In this document: in pieces, positions 18,985 to 28,561 of the stretch
How positions within the stretch are numbered: position 1 is the first letter of the stretch
Layout: each line of letters begins with the position of its first letter
Assembly: GCA_017390085.1 (NCBI GenBank)
Contig: JAFPDB010000140.1
Coordinates: forward strand, 1-52,688
Direction of reading: 5' to 3'
Source: Bacteroidales bacterium
GTDB taxonomy: Bacteria; Bacteroidota; Bacteroidia; Bacteroidales; Marinilabiliaceae
Length of the DNA stretch: 52,688 nt
Program-made: the position numbers and the translations under genes
Notes under the pieces: generated by a model
Databases searched by the model: none
Seen by the model: only the letters and a program-made list of their open reading frames with translations
Told to the model about the DNA's origin: nothing

Positions 18985-20655
18985 TTAACTCAATCCCGAA
19001 ATCTTACCCTCTGCGTCGACGGTCATATTCTCCGCCGCGGGGTGTAGGGGGAGGCCGGGCATACGCATCATTTCGCCAGCCAATGGGATTATGAACCCGG
19101 CCCCGGCCGCCAGCTCCACGCCGCGTATGTGCAGCGTGTGATGACCGACTCGGCCCACTTGCTTCGGGTCGTCGGTGAAGGAGTATTGCGTCTTGGCGAT
19201 GCAGACAGCCGCCTCGTCGAGACCTATCTCTTTGGCCACTTCGAGATCCTTGAGGGCCTTGGGCGCGAACTCAACCCCGTCGGCGCCGTAGATGTCTTTG
19301 GCAATTCTCGTAATCTTGTCTTCGAGAGGCTCGCTCCACTTGTAGAGGGGCTTGTAGTCGCTCTTTCCGCTCTCGGCCTCCGCGACCACTTGCCTGGCCA
19401 GGTTCTTGGCGCCGTTGCCGCCCTCGGCCCATACATTGGCCACGACGGCCTCCACGCCCAAAGCGCGGCATGCCGTGCGTATGGCGTCGAGCTCCGCATC
19501 GGTGTCGGTGGCGAAACGGTTGACGGCCACGACCACCCGGACCCCGTAGCCGAGCATATTCTTGACGTGACGCTCAAGGTTGTGCATTCCGTTCATGACG
19601 GCGGCCACGTCCTCTCGCCCGAGGTCGGTCTTTGCCACGCCGCCGTGCATCTTTAGAGCGCGCGCCGTGGCCACGATTACGATGACCGACGGGCGGAGCC
19701 CCCCGGCCTGGCACTTTATGTCGAGGAACTTCTCGCCACCGAGGTCGGAGCCGAAGCCTGCCTCTGTCACGACGTAATCGGCAAGCGAGAGACCCATCTT
19801 CGTTGCGACGATGGTGTTGGTGCCCTGCGCGATGTTGGCAAACGGGCCGCCGTGCACTATGGCTGGCGTATGGGCGAGCGTCTGGACGAGGTTGGGCTTC
19901 ATGGCGTCGCGGAGCAGGGCCGCCATGGCGCCCTCGGCCTTAAGGTCGCGCGCCCTGACAGGCTCACCGGCGAAGGTGCGGCCCACGTATATGTTTCCAA
20001 GCCTCTCGGTGAGGTCTTTTATGTCGCTGCTTAGGCACAAGATTGCCATTATTTCCGAGGCGGCAGTTATGTCGAAGCCCGTCTCGCGCGGCACTCCTTG
20101 CGCCTTGCCGCCAAGGCCTACCACGATGTTGCGCAGCGAGCGGTCGTTCATGTCCATGACCCTCTTCCACGTGACGGTGCGCGGGTCGAGGTCGACGAGC
20201 GAGCGGCGGCCGAAATGGAGGGCGTTGTCAATCATGGCGGCCAAGAGGTTGTGGGCCTTCTCGACGGCGTTGAAGTCGCCGGTGAAGTTGAGGTTGATGT
20301 CTTCCATCGGGACCACTTGACTATAGCCACCGCCTGCCGCGCCGCCCTTGATGCCGAACACGGGGCCGAGCGACGGCTCGCGAAGCACGGCGCAACACTT
20401 CTTACCTATGGCGCTAAGCCCGTCGGCAAGGCCTATGGAGACGGTGGTCTTGCCCTCTCCGGCTGGCGTCGGGGTGATGGCTGTCACGAGGACTAGCTTC
20501 GCCTTGCGTATCTTCTCTTCGTCGATTAGCGAGAGGGGGAGCTTTGCCTTGAGGCGGCCGTAAGGCTCAATGAGGTCCTCACACACCCCGAGGCGCGCGG
20601 CTATATCCCTTATCGGGAGTTTTTCGGCATTTGTTGCTATCTCTATGTCAGTCAT
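18985..20655 (-). CDS. fhs: formate--tetrahydrofolate ligase
   Basis: The start was set at the internal ATG (MTDIEIATNAEKLPI). The TPTPAGEGKTT P-loop and the length (556 aa) are typical of Fhs. Confidence 0.9.
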   Translation of the reverse strand: MTDIEIATNAEKLPIRDIAARLGVCEDLIEPYGRLKAKLPLSLIDEEKIRKAKLVLVTAITPTPAGEGKTTVSIGLADGLSAIGKKCCAVLREPSLGPVFGIKGGAAGGGYSQVVPMEDINLNFTGDFNAVEKAHNLLAAMIDNALHFGRRSLVDLDPRTVTWKRVMDMNDRSLRNIVVGLGGKAQGVPRETGFDITAASEIMAILCLSSDIKDLTERLGNIYVGRTFAGEPVRARDLKAEGAMAALLRDAMKPNLVQTLAHTPAIVHGGPFANIAQGTNTIVATKMGLSLADYVVTEAGFGSDLGGEKFLDIKCQAGGLRPSVIVIVATARALKMHGGVAKTDLGREDVAAVMNGMHNLERHVKNMLGYGVRVVVAVNRFATDTDAELDAIRTACRALGVEAVVANVWAEGGNGAKNLARQVVAEAESGKSDYKPLYKWSEPLEDKITRIAKDIYGADGVEFAPKALKDLEVAKEIGLDEAAVCIAKTQYSFTDDPKQVGRVGHHTLHIRGVELAAGAGFIIPLAGEMMRMPGLPLHPAAENMTVDAEGKISGLS

Positions 20656-20677
20656 GATTTGTAGTTTTTGCTTTCCA

Positions 20678-20685
20678 CAAAGGTA
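20678..20685 (-). promoter_or_regulatory. candidate Bacteroidota -7 promoter box (TACCTTTG) for fhs
   Basis: Minus-strand TACCTTTG matches TAnnTTTG about 25 nt upstream of the fhs ATG. No clean -33 TTTG is present. Confidence 0.3.
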
Positions 20686-20762
20686 AAGCGTTTCGGGCGG
20701 CTCGAAAATAAACTTGCAAGATTTTTGAGTGGTGGCGGCAAACACAGCCTCCCCGCCTACGC

Positions 20763-20803
20763 GACAAAATAAAAGTCGTGCCACCCTTTTCGAGTGGCAC
20801 GAC
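20763..20803 (-). terminator. intrinsic terminator after the lipoprotein gene
   Basis: A 10-bp perfect stem, GTCGTGCCAC (20775-20784) / GTGGCACGAC (20794-20803). On the minus strand it is followed by TTTTATTTTGTC. Confidence 0.6.
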
Positions 20804-20835
20804 CGTTTTCAATTCTTTGGTCAAGAATCGGGATT

Positions 20836-21675
20836 CTAATCCCATTCCTCCTCAGAAACGTCGATCTTCAGAAGGTCGTCGTCGTTGGAAGAGAGGACGA
20901 TTCCGCTGATGAGAATAGCAGTCGGGTCCTCATAAGGCTGCTCAAGCTTGTAGGTCGCGATGCATTTTGTGGAGGTGATTACACACGCGGGGTAGACTTT
21001 TGCGTCGTTGACAGCGCTCTCTTTGATGACGCTGTTTTTCGCATTCTTGATTGTCTCGATATAGAGATCTTCGACCTGAGGATTCTTAGTATCCTTGCAC
21101 TTGTCATCTTTGAGAATCGCCTCGACATTATCGAGCAATTCTGTGGCCGACTTCTTATCTTCGGTCAGAACATCAGAGATTAGGTAGTTGTTCCTTTTGC
21201 TGAAAGAGAGGTAGGAGCCGAGCGTGTCGCACTTCGACGTGCCAGCACGGAAGCTGTACTCGTGGCCGATTGTGGCCGTCTTAGTCGTGCCGAAACGTGT
21301 ACGGATCTCGAGTTTGTATTTGTCGACGGGGATGTTCGTCGAGGCGAGGGTGGCGGTCCAGACTTTGCCGTCCTCGGAGTCCTGCTTCTCCTTCTCGACG
21401 TCGTTCATGAGGTCGTACTCGACCGGGTTGCCCTTCTCGTCGACGTTGTAGGTCGAAGTGAGGATGAATTTCGCGAGAGCCTTGTTTGTGGTCACCGTTC
21501 CGGAGATGGTCACTGTGCCGTCATTGTTGGCTTTTGCCGTCAGATAGTCGAGATTGAACTTCTCTTGGATTTCGATGGTGTCGTCCTCACCGTCGTCTGT
21601 GCAAGCGGTAAAAGGAGTTGCGATGAGACCACACGCGAGCATTGCCGCAAAGGGCTTCAGAAAAAGATGCTTCAT
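20836..21675 (-). CDS. hypothetical lipoprotein
   Basis: 279 aa with a lipoprotein signal (MKHLFLKPFAAMLACGLIATPFTAC). GC is visibly lower than in the neighbours. No family recognised. Confidence 0.7.
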   Translation of the reverse strand: MKHLFLKPFAAMLACGLIATPFTACTDDGEDDTIEIQEKFNLDYLTAKANNDGTVTISGTVTTNKALAKFILTSTYNVDEKGNPVEYDLMNDVEKEKQDSEDGKVWTATLASTNIPVDKYKLEIRTRFGTTKTATIGHEYSFRAGTSKCDTLGSYLSFSKRNNYLISDVLTEDKKSATELLDNVEAILKDDKCKDTKNPQVEDLYIETIKNAKNSVIKESAVNDAKVYPACVITSTKCIATYKLEQPYEDPTAILISGIVLSSNDDDLLKIDVSEEEWD

Positions 21676-21881
21676 TTTCTTGGTTTGAATATTAAAAAAT
21701 TGAACACTGATTGAGCGCGAATATATGCCATTAAAAAATGACTACAAAAGAGGTCTGTATTCAATAACTGATTTTGTTTGAGCAAATGGTAATCAACAAC
21801 CATGCCACAAGCTGTCGACCTTAGGATCTTGCAAGATTTATAGCCCCATTCGGGCTACATTGTTTCTCGTGGAACATACAC

Positions 21882-23756
21882 CTATTCTTTCACTTTATAA
21901 GCTTCGTCGGGATGAAAATGAGTAAAAACCAACAATCCTTTACTTCTTCCTATCACTTCCGACAATTTATTAAGCGACGACTGACGTATTGACTCTATCC
22001 CGCCAAATTCCTTGAACAGCTCTTCTTTGGTCTTCGGGCCAATGCCAACAATCGAATCAAGCTCCGACGCCACCATAGCTTTGCTCCTCTTGCTGCGGTG
22101 GAAAGTTATCGCCACGCGGTGAACCTCATCCTGCATACGCGTGAAGAATCGGAACACGGCGTCGTTCTTCCCCACCCCTACGACTTTGGGAGGGAAACCT
22201 ACCAATATCTGATTCGTACGGTGGCGCAAGTCCTTAGCCAAGCCTATGATGTTGAGCGAAAGACCCAAATTCTCCGTGGCCTGACGAATCACCTCCATCT
22301 GCCCCACCCCGCCGTCGGCCACGACAAGGTCCGGCATCGTGGCTCCCTCATCGCGCAACCTCGCGTAGCGGCGGTGCACGACCTCGTACATCGACGCGTA
22401 GTCGTCTGGCCCCTCGACGGTCTTGATGTTGAAAAGCCTGTAATCCTTTCGGCTTGGCTTCGCGTCGCGGTAGACAACACAAGCCGCAACTGCGCTCGTG
22501 CCCTGAATATTGGAATTGTCGAAGCACTCGATGTGGCGCGGCAAATCGTGTAGCGCCAATTGCTCCTTGATTTGTATCAACAGTTTCTCCTCATGCGTGG
22601 CGCGGCTTCGGATAGCCTCTTGCTTTAGTAGTTCGAGTTTGAATATTCTCGCGTTCTTTTCCGAAAGCTCAAGAAGTTTCTTCTTATCGCCCGACTGCGG
22701 CACGACAAAAGTGATGCCGGCAAAATCGACGTCGGGCTTGGTCGGGACAACCACCTCGCGCTGTAAGAGGCCGCTCGTCTCCCTGACGCTCTGTATGGCG
22801 AAAGAGAGAATCTCCGCGTCCTGCTCGTCCATGCGGCGGCGGAACGTCATCGTGTAGGAAGAGAGAATCTGCCCCTCGTTGACGCGCATGAAGTTGACGT
22901 AGCTCTCAGACTTGTCGTCGTCGCGGGCGATGGAGAAAACGTCGCAACATATAATCGACGTGCTGGCCACGAGCGACCGGCTCTGGTAATTCGTAAGCCT
23001 CTCTATCTTTCGCCTCAGAACCTCGGCCCTCTCAAACTCCATATCCTCGGCCGCGGCCATCATATCTTGGCGCATCTGCCGGATGATGGGTCCCGTGTTA
23101 CCCTTAAGAATGTCCTTTACGCTCTCGATATATTTTCCGTACTCCTCTTCGGAAATCAGACCCTCGCACGGGCCGTCGCATAGCTTCAGATGGTGCTTGA
23201 GGCACACTTTGTACTTGCCTTGGGCAATCTTTTCGGGAGTCAGGCTAAGCGAGCATTGGCGCAGCGGGAACAGGTTCTTGAAGACGTCGAACAGGTCGTG
23301 GAGCTGGCTAATACTGGGATAGGGGCCATAGTAGCGGCTGCCGTCGCGGATGTGCCGCCTCGTCTGGATGACGCGTGGGAAAGGCTCGTTGAGAATAGCC
23401 ACCCACGGGTATGTCTTGTCGTCCTTCAGGAGAATGTTGTATTGCGGCTTATGTTTCTTGATCAGGTTGTTCTCGAGCAAGAGGGCATCCTCCTCATTGT
23501 TGACTACGATGTGGTGGATGTGGCAAATCTTGCTGACCAGGACCAACGTCTTTTGCGTCTGCTGACGCTTCAGAAAGTAGGAGGATACGCGCCTTTTGAG
23601 GTTCTTCGCCTTGCCGACGTAGATAATCTTCCCGCTTTTGTCGAAATACTGGTACACGCCCGGAAGTTCGGGCAGGACGCTCACCGCCTGCTTGAGATGG
23701 TCGAGCCTCTCGTCTTCGTTCGCAAATTGGTATTTAGCCTTCTCGCTCGTCTCCAT
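21882..23756 (-). CDS. uvrC: excinuclease ABC subunit C
   Basis: The start was set at the second Met (METSEKAKYQF) so that it does not overlap ade. It has a GIY-YIG motif (PGVYQYFDKSGKIIYVGKAKNLKRR) and a C-terminal HhH region. Confidence 0.9.
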   Translation of the reverse strand: METSEKAKYQFANEDERLDHLKQAVSVLPELPGVYQYFDKSGKIIYVGKAKNLKRRVSSYFLKRQQTQKTLVLVSKICHIHHIVVNNEEDALLLENNLIKKHKPQYNILLKDDKTYPWVAILNEPFPRVIQTRRHIRDGSRYYGPYPSISQLHDLFDVFKNLFPLRQCSLSLTPEKIAQGKYKVCLKHHLKLCDGPCEGLISEEEYGKYIESVKDILKGNTGPIIRQMRQDMMAAAEDMEFERAEVLRRKIERLTNYQSRSLVASTSIICCDVFSIARDDDKSESYVNFMRVNEGQILSSYTMTFRRRMDEQDAEILSFAIQSVRETSGLLQREVVVPTKPDVDFAGITFVVPQSGDKKKLLELSEKNARIFKLELLKQEAIRSRATHEEKLLIQIKEQLALHDLPRHIECFDNSNIQGTSAVAACVVYRDAKPSRKDYRLFNIKTVEGPDDYASMYEVVHRRYARLRDEGATMPDLVVADGGVGQMEVIRQATENLGLSLNIIGLAKDLRHRTNQILVGFPPKVVGVGKNDAVFRFFTRMQDEVHRVAITFHRSKRSKAMVASELDSIVGIGPKTKEELFKEFGGIESIRQSSLNKLSEVIGRSKGLLVFTHFHPDEAYKVKE

Positions 23757-23775
23757 TGCGGCAGGTTGTCTGATC

Positions 23776-25422
23776 CTATTTGAAAAGTGTCGTGAACTGG
23801 AAACTGTCGACGTCGAATAGACCTTTGTCTCCAATCTTCAGGCTCGGAATTACGAGTAGGCTCATGAACGCCATGGTCATGAAAGGCGAGGCAAGCGTTA
23901 CACCGCACCTTGTGCGAGCCAAGTTTATGAGGCTCAAATAATCGTCGGCCACGACCTCCCACGGCTCGGAAGACATCAGGCCGGCAACGGGCAACTTTAG
24001 TCTCCTGACTTGCACCCCGTTGCCAAGTACGCATATTCCGCCTTTCATTCGGAACATGGTCTCGGCGGCGAGCCTCATGCTGTGGGCGTTCTCGCCGATT
24101 ATCACGACGTTGTGCGAATCGTGGGCGATGGACGACGCAATGGCTCCGGACTTCAATCCCGTTCCTTTTATGAATCCGACGGCGACGGGCGCGGGCGCGT
24201 ACCTATTGACGACGGCTATTTTCACTATGTCTTGCGCCACGTCTGACGTCACCTCCCCACCCTGCTCGACGGTCGGCCTCCACTCCAAAGACTCGGAAAC
24301 AATCTGGTCCGGGACGAGGCCTATGACCCTGACCGTGGGGTTGGCCGATGGGGCGACAACCTTGAAATCATCGTCGATGAAGCTCCGCTCGATGAAGTTG
24401 TTGATACGCTCGGATCTCGATTGTCGGGCAATGATACCCATCTTGGCGTCGTAGACCATTTCCCCATTGATGTAAGAGGCTCTGACTTTGAAGCTCTTGA
24501 TGTCGGATAGAATAACGAAATCGGCATTGTCGCCCTCTTGCAATACGCCAACATCGAGGTTGTAGTGCCGCACGGGGTTTAGCGTCAGGGCTTTGAAAAT
24601 GTCATAGATGTCGACACCGTCGGCCAACGCCCTGCGGTAGAACTTGTCGATGTGGCCTCGTTCGCGGATGTCGTCAGGGTGGGCGTCGTCGGTGCAGGCC
24701 ATAATGTTGTCGATGTCGGTCTTGAAGAGAGGGGCGAGGGCATCGAGATTGCGCGCCGCGCTCCCCTCACGTATGAGAATCTTCATGCCCTTGGCGATTT
24801 TGGACCTTGCCTCGGCGAGAGTGAAACTCTCGTGATCCGTCGATATGCCCGCCTCAACATATTGCCTCAGCCTGTCGTCGACTATTCCTGGGATGTGGCC
24901 GTCGATAGGCTTTCCTGCCTTCTTGGCAATACTGATTTCCTCTAAGACCTTCGGGTCGCGGGCCAAGATCCCGGGATAGTTCATCATCTCAGCCAGAGCA
25001 ACGCCGTCGGGCATGAGCCTCTCAATTTCCGCAGGCCCGAAGGTTGCGCCGTTGGTCTCGAAAGGCGTGGCGGGGACGCACGACGGTATGGCGAAAGCAA
25101 TGTGGAGCGGGGCTTTTGATGCGTCTCTCATCATGAAGCGCACACCCTCCTCTCCCATGACGTTGGCAATCTCATGTGGGTCGCACACGACGCCGACGGT
25201 CCCGAAAGGCAGGACCATCCGCGCGAAGCCTTGTGGCGTGAGCATACTGCTCTCGATGTGGACGTGCGAATCGACGAGGCCGGGGGTGCAGTATTCGAGA
25301 GTCGGGTCGACAACGTCGCTAATCTTCTCTACTTTGAGGATCTTCTTATTGAAAGTCAGATTGGCGGCGTACATTTCTCGCCGTAATATGTCGACGTAGT
25401 TTACAGTGATAGTCTTAATCAT
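23776..25422 (-). CDS. ade: adenine deaminase
   Basis: 548 aa with the GLVDSHVHIESSMLTP amidohydrolase metal motif and Ade-like length. Confidence 0.85.
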   Translation of the reverse strand: MIKTITVNYVDILRREMYAANLTFNKKILKVEKISDVVDPTLEYCTPGLVDSHVHIESSMLTPQGFARMVLPFGTVGVVCDPHEIANVMGEEGVRFMMRDASKAPLHIAFAIPSCVPATPFETNGATFGPAEIERLMPDGVALAEMMNYPGILARDPKVLEEISIAKKAGKPIDGHIPGIVDDRLRQYVEAGISTDHESFTLAEARSKIAKGMKILIREGSAARNLDALAPLFKTDIDNIMACTDDAHPDDIRERGHIDKFYRRALADGVDIYDIFKALTLNPVRHYNLDVGVLQEGDNADFVILSDIKSFKVRASYINGEMVYDAKMGIIARQSRSERINNFIERSFIDDDFKVVAPSANPTVRVIGLVPDQIVSESLEWRPTVEQGGEVTSDVAQDIVKIAVVNRYAPAPVAVGFIKGTGLKSGAIASSIAHDSHNVVIIGENAHSMRLAAETMFRMKGGICVLGNGVQVRRLKLPVAGLMSSEPWEVVADDYLSLINLARTRCGVTLASPFMTMAFMSLLVIPSLKIGDKGLFDVDSFQFTTLFK

Positions 25423-25586
25423 GATTCAGAGGCATTTTGATAGGTTGTGTTATGAATAGGTATGGTAATCGAGGCTATATTTCGGTTTGTAAGCAGAAAG
25501 GAGAAATTTACGGGTTGATTGGCTTGAAAAAGCGATTTTTGCGCCGTTGAACGCTATTTATCTTTCAGAATGAAAGAGCCACCCTC

Positions 25587-25602
25587 GGTTCCACGTGAAA
25601 CG
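25587..25602. other. parS-like site (GGTTCCACGTGAAACG, 14/16 to TGTTNCACGTGAAACA)
   Basis: Read directly. The core GTTCCACGTGAAAC is identical to the core of the canonical Bacillus-type parS. It is embedded in a 36-bp imperfect palindrome (25577-25612). Confidence 0.5.
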
Positions 25603-25617
25603 GAGAGTGGCTGGGCT

Positions 25618-27492
25618 TTATCGTCCTAAGAGGACAAGAAGTATTGAAATGTCGGCGGGCGACACTCCCGGTATTCGCATCGCCTGGTCGATTGTGGCGG
25701 GGTCAATTCGAATGAGTTTCTCACGGGCTTCGTAGCTAAGGCTCGTGACGGAGGCGTAGTCTATTCGTCCGCGGAGGGGGATGTTGTTGTGTCGGAGAAT
25801 CTTGTCAGCTTGTTGTCGTTCTTTGGCAATGTATCCGCCGTACTTGATTTCGATTTCAGCAGACTCTTTGACTTCGGCTGCGAGAGCTTCTCTGCCCTCG
25901 AAGATTCTGTCGACCTCTGGCATTATGGGCAAGAGGTCGTCGACGTGGACTTGAGGACGGGCGATGACTTGCGCGGCGCGTAGCGACTCTACTGCCGGTG
26001 TCGTGCCGAGCTTCTCGAGAATCGGGTTGAGCAGGTCCTTCTTCAAGAGCTTGCGGTCGATGAGGTCGAGAAGCCGTTTGCGGAGCTTGACTTTCTGCTT
26101 GTACCATGAATATTGTTCATCGGCCACGAGACCCAATGCCCTACCCTTTTCGGTCAGACGGTCGTCGGCATTATCCTGACGGAGCAAAATACGGTACTCG
26201 GCCCGCGATGTGAACATTCGGTATGGCTCGTCGACACCTTTTGTCACGAGGTCGTCAATCAGGACTCCGATGTAGGCCTCGTCGCGCGAGAGGATGAAAG
26301 GTTCTTCGCCGCGAATCTTGCGTACGGCATTTATTCCGGCCATGAGACCTTGACCCGCTGCCTCCTCGTATCCGGTCGTGCCATTAACCTGACCAGCCAT
26401 GAATAGATTCTTCAGAACTTTGCTCTCGAGCGAGTGGTAGAGTTGCGTCGGGTCGAAAAAGTCGTACTCGATGGCGTAGCCGGGGCGAATGACCTGGGCT
26501 TTCTCCAAACCCGGAATCTTATTTAGCGCGCGCAACTGAACGTCCATGGGGAGTGAGCTGCTGAAGCCGTTGAGGTAGAACTCGATGGTGTCTTGCCCCT
26601 CGGGCTCGAGGAAGAGCTGGTGCTGCTCCTTGTCGGCAAAGTTGACGAGCTTGGTCTCGATGCTTGGACAGTAGCGAGGGCCGATGCTCTTTATTGTGCC
26701 GTTGTAGAGTGGGGAGTCTGCAAAACCCGAACGCAATATGTCGTGGACATCGGTGTTTGTGTAGGTGATGTAGCATGGCTTCTGCTCGAGCGTGTTGTTG
26801 AGCATGGGGCCGTAGCTGAACTGGTGTGCTTCGATGTTGCCGTATTGTGGTTCGAGGCTGGCGAAGTCGATAGTCCGCGCGTCGATGCGTACGGGTGTGC
26901 CTGTCTTCATGCGCCCCATCGTAACACCGAGCGACGCAATTTGGTCGGATAGCAGGAACGATGCCTCGTCACCCATACGTCCGCCAGAGTAGTTGACGCG
27001 CCCTATGTGCAGCAGTCCGTTGAGGAAAGTTCCCGCGGTGAGCACGACAGCCTTGGCGTGGAACTCTGCACCCAGCTTCGTGCGCACTCCCTTAACAGTA
27101 TCACCGTCTATCAGGAAGGCTGTAACGGCATCTTGCCAAAAGCTGCACAATGGAGCCTGTTCGAGAAAATCGCGCCATTTGGCCGAAAAACGTGCCTTGT
27201 CGCATTGCGAACGCGGGCTCCACATGGCAGGTCCCTTGCTCATGTTGAGCATTCGGAACTGTATGGATGTGAGGTCGGTCACTTTTCCCGTCATTCCGCC
27301 GAGCGCGCTAATCTCGCGGACAATCTGGCCTTTGGCAATTCCTCCGATGGCGGGGTTGCAGCTCATCATGGCCATCTTGGTGATGTCGAGCGTTATGAGG
27401 AGTGTTCGCATTCCGAGGGTCGAGGCGGCATGGGCGGCCTCGCAGCCCGCGTGCCCTGCGCCGACGACGATTATGTCGAAGGAGAAGTTCAT
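25618..27492 (-). CDS. mnmG: tRNA uridine-5-carboxymethylaminomethyl synthesis enzyme MnmG (GidA)
   Basis: DIIVVGAGHAGCEAA FAD motif and full-length MnmG-like sequence. The start is probably MNFSFD at 27492; an alternative start lies upstream at 27519. Confidence 0.9.
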   Translation of the reverse strand: MNFSFDIIVVGAGHAGCEAAHAASTLGMRTLLITLDITKMAMMSCNPAIGGIAKGQIVREISALGGMTGKVTDLTSIQFRMLNMSKGPAMWSPRSQCDKARFSAKWRDFLEQAPLCSFWQDAVTAFLIDGDTVKGVRTKLGAEFHAKAVVLTAGTFLNGLLHIGRVNYSGGRMGDEASFLLSDQIASLGVTMGRMKTGTPVRIDARTIDFASLEPQYGNIEAHQFSYGPMLNNTLEQKPCYITYTNTDVHDILRSGFADSPLYNGTIKSIGPRYCPSIETKLVNFADKEQHQLFLEPEGQDTIEFYLNGFSSSLPMDVQLRALNKIPGLEKAQVIRPGYAIEYDFFDPTQLYHSLESKVLKNLFMAGQVNGTTGYEEAAGQGLMAGINAVRKIRGEEPFILSRDEAYIGVLIDDLVTKGVDEPYRMFTSRAEYRILLRQDNADDRLTEKGRALGLVADEQYSWYKQKVKLRKRLLDLIDRKLLKKDLLNPILEKLGTTPAVESLRAAQVIARPQVHVDDLLPIMPEVDRIFEGREALAAEVKESAEIEIKYGGYIAKERQQADKILRHNNIPLRGRIDYASVTSLSYEAREKLIRIDPATIDQAMRIPGVSPADISILLVLLGR

Positions 27493-27624
27493 GTCTTGAA
27501 AATGGTTGTAGGAATACACATAAAACCGCCGACCCCATGAATTAAGGTGTCGAGCGGTGAGATGATTTGTCGTCGCCCGAGCGGGGCGTTTGTGGGATTT
27601 TGAGAAATGTTGGCTCTATCGGCC

Positions 27625-28077
27625 CTACGCTTTGGTCTTTGCTATTTTCTTTTCCTCGAATAGCTGGTCGAGAAGCTGGAGGGCGTTGTCCTCCGCCTGC
27701 CGCATCTTTTGCTCCTCGTCAGGCTGCTTGTCTTTGAGGCCGCAGAGGTGCAAAACGCCATGGATTATGACCCTGTGAAGCTCGCGCTCGAAGGATGGCG
27801 CAAATTTCTGAGAGTTAGTCATTACCGTGTCGACGGAGATGTACATGTCGCCACTGACAACGCCATCCTCGTCATAGTCGAAGGTTATGATGTCGGTGTA
27901 GTAGTCGTGCTGGAGGAACTGCCTGTTGACCTCGATAATCTTGTCGTCGGAGCAGAAAATGTAGGAGAGGTTTCCGACTTTGAGGCCGTAGGATTGAACG
28001 ACTTTCTTAATCCACTGTTTAAGGACGAGCTTATCCTTGAGTTGAAGGTCGACGCCCTCGTTGTAGAAGTAGATCAC
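27625..28077 (-). CDS. ybeY: rRNA maturation RNase YbeY
   Basis: 150 aa with the HGVLHLCGLKD zinc-binding motif. Confidence 0.9.
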   Translation of the reverse strand: MIYFYNEGVDLQLKDKLVLKQWIKKVVQSYGLKVGNLSYIFCSDDKIIEVNRQFLQHDYYTDIITFDYDEDGVVSGDMYISVDTVMTNSQKFAPSFERELHRVIIHGVLHLCGLKDKQPDEEQKMRQAEDNALQLLDQLFEEKKIAKTKA

Positions 28078-28487
28078 TTGAGATTGAATAAGAGACGTAC
28101 GTTGCGACCATTATCGGAAAAAGTGACCTCGTCGGCAAGATGCTTCATGAGGAAGATGCCTCTGCCGCAATCCTTCTCGAGGTTCTCCTCAGCTGTCGGG
28201 TCGGGCAGCGAATCGGGGTCGAAGCCGTCGCCCTCGTCCTGGACTACTACTTCAATACGGTCATTATCAATATGGTAACATACGGTGACTTTCTTATTTG
28301 CAGATAGTTTGTTACCGTGTACTATGGCGTTATTGACACATTCCACGACGGAGAGCATATACTTTCCGTACACTTCGTCGTCGATTCCGAGCATTTGGGA
28401 TTGGCTATCGATGAGCTTCTCAATTTGGTTAATGCTGTCGATAGTAGAATCTAAAACGAGAGTTTCTTCGATGTTTATCTTGTCCAT
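28074..28487 (-). CDS. HATPase_c-type ATP-binding protein (anti-sigma factor/Ser kinase-like)
   Basis: 137 aa. The N-box-like NAIVHGN and the G-box GRGIFLMKHL resemble the RsbW/SpoIIAB family. It overlaps ybeY by 4 nt. Confidence 0.7.
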   Translation of the reverse strand: MDKINIEETLVLDSTIDSINQIEKLIDSQSQMLGIDDEVYGKYMLSVVECVNNAIVHGNKLSANKKVTVCYHIDNDRIEVVVQDEGDGFDPDSLPDPTAEENLEKDCGRGIFLMKHLADEVTFSDNGRNVRLLFNLK

Positions 28488-28561
28488 TTTCGTGTTGCGT
28501 GTATAGCGTCATGTCGTTATACGCAAAAGGTTATGAATAGTTATAAGTGTGTTGCCTTGTG

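Noticed and set aside
27540-27625. Hairpin CGCCC-GAGC-GGGCG followed by TTTGTGGGATTTT between ybeY and mnmG, considered as a terminator.
   Set aside because: The T tract is on the plus strand, where no gene ends. On the minus strand, where ybeY ends, no T tract follows the stem. The stem is only 5 bp.
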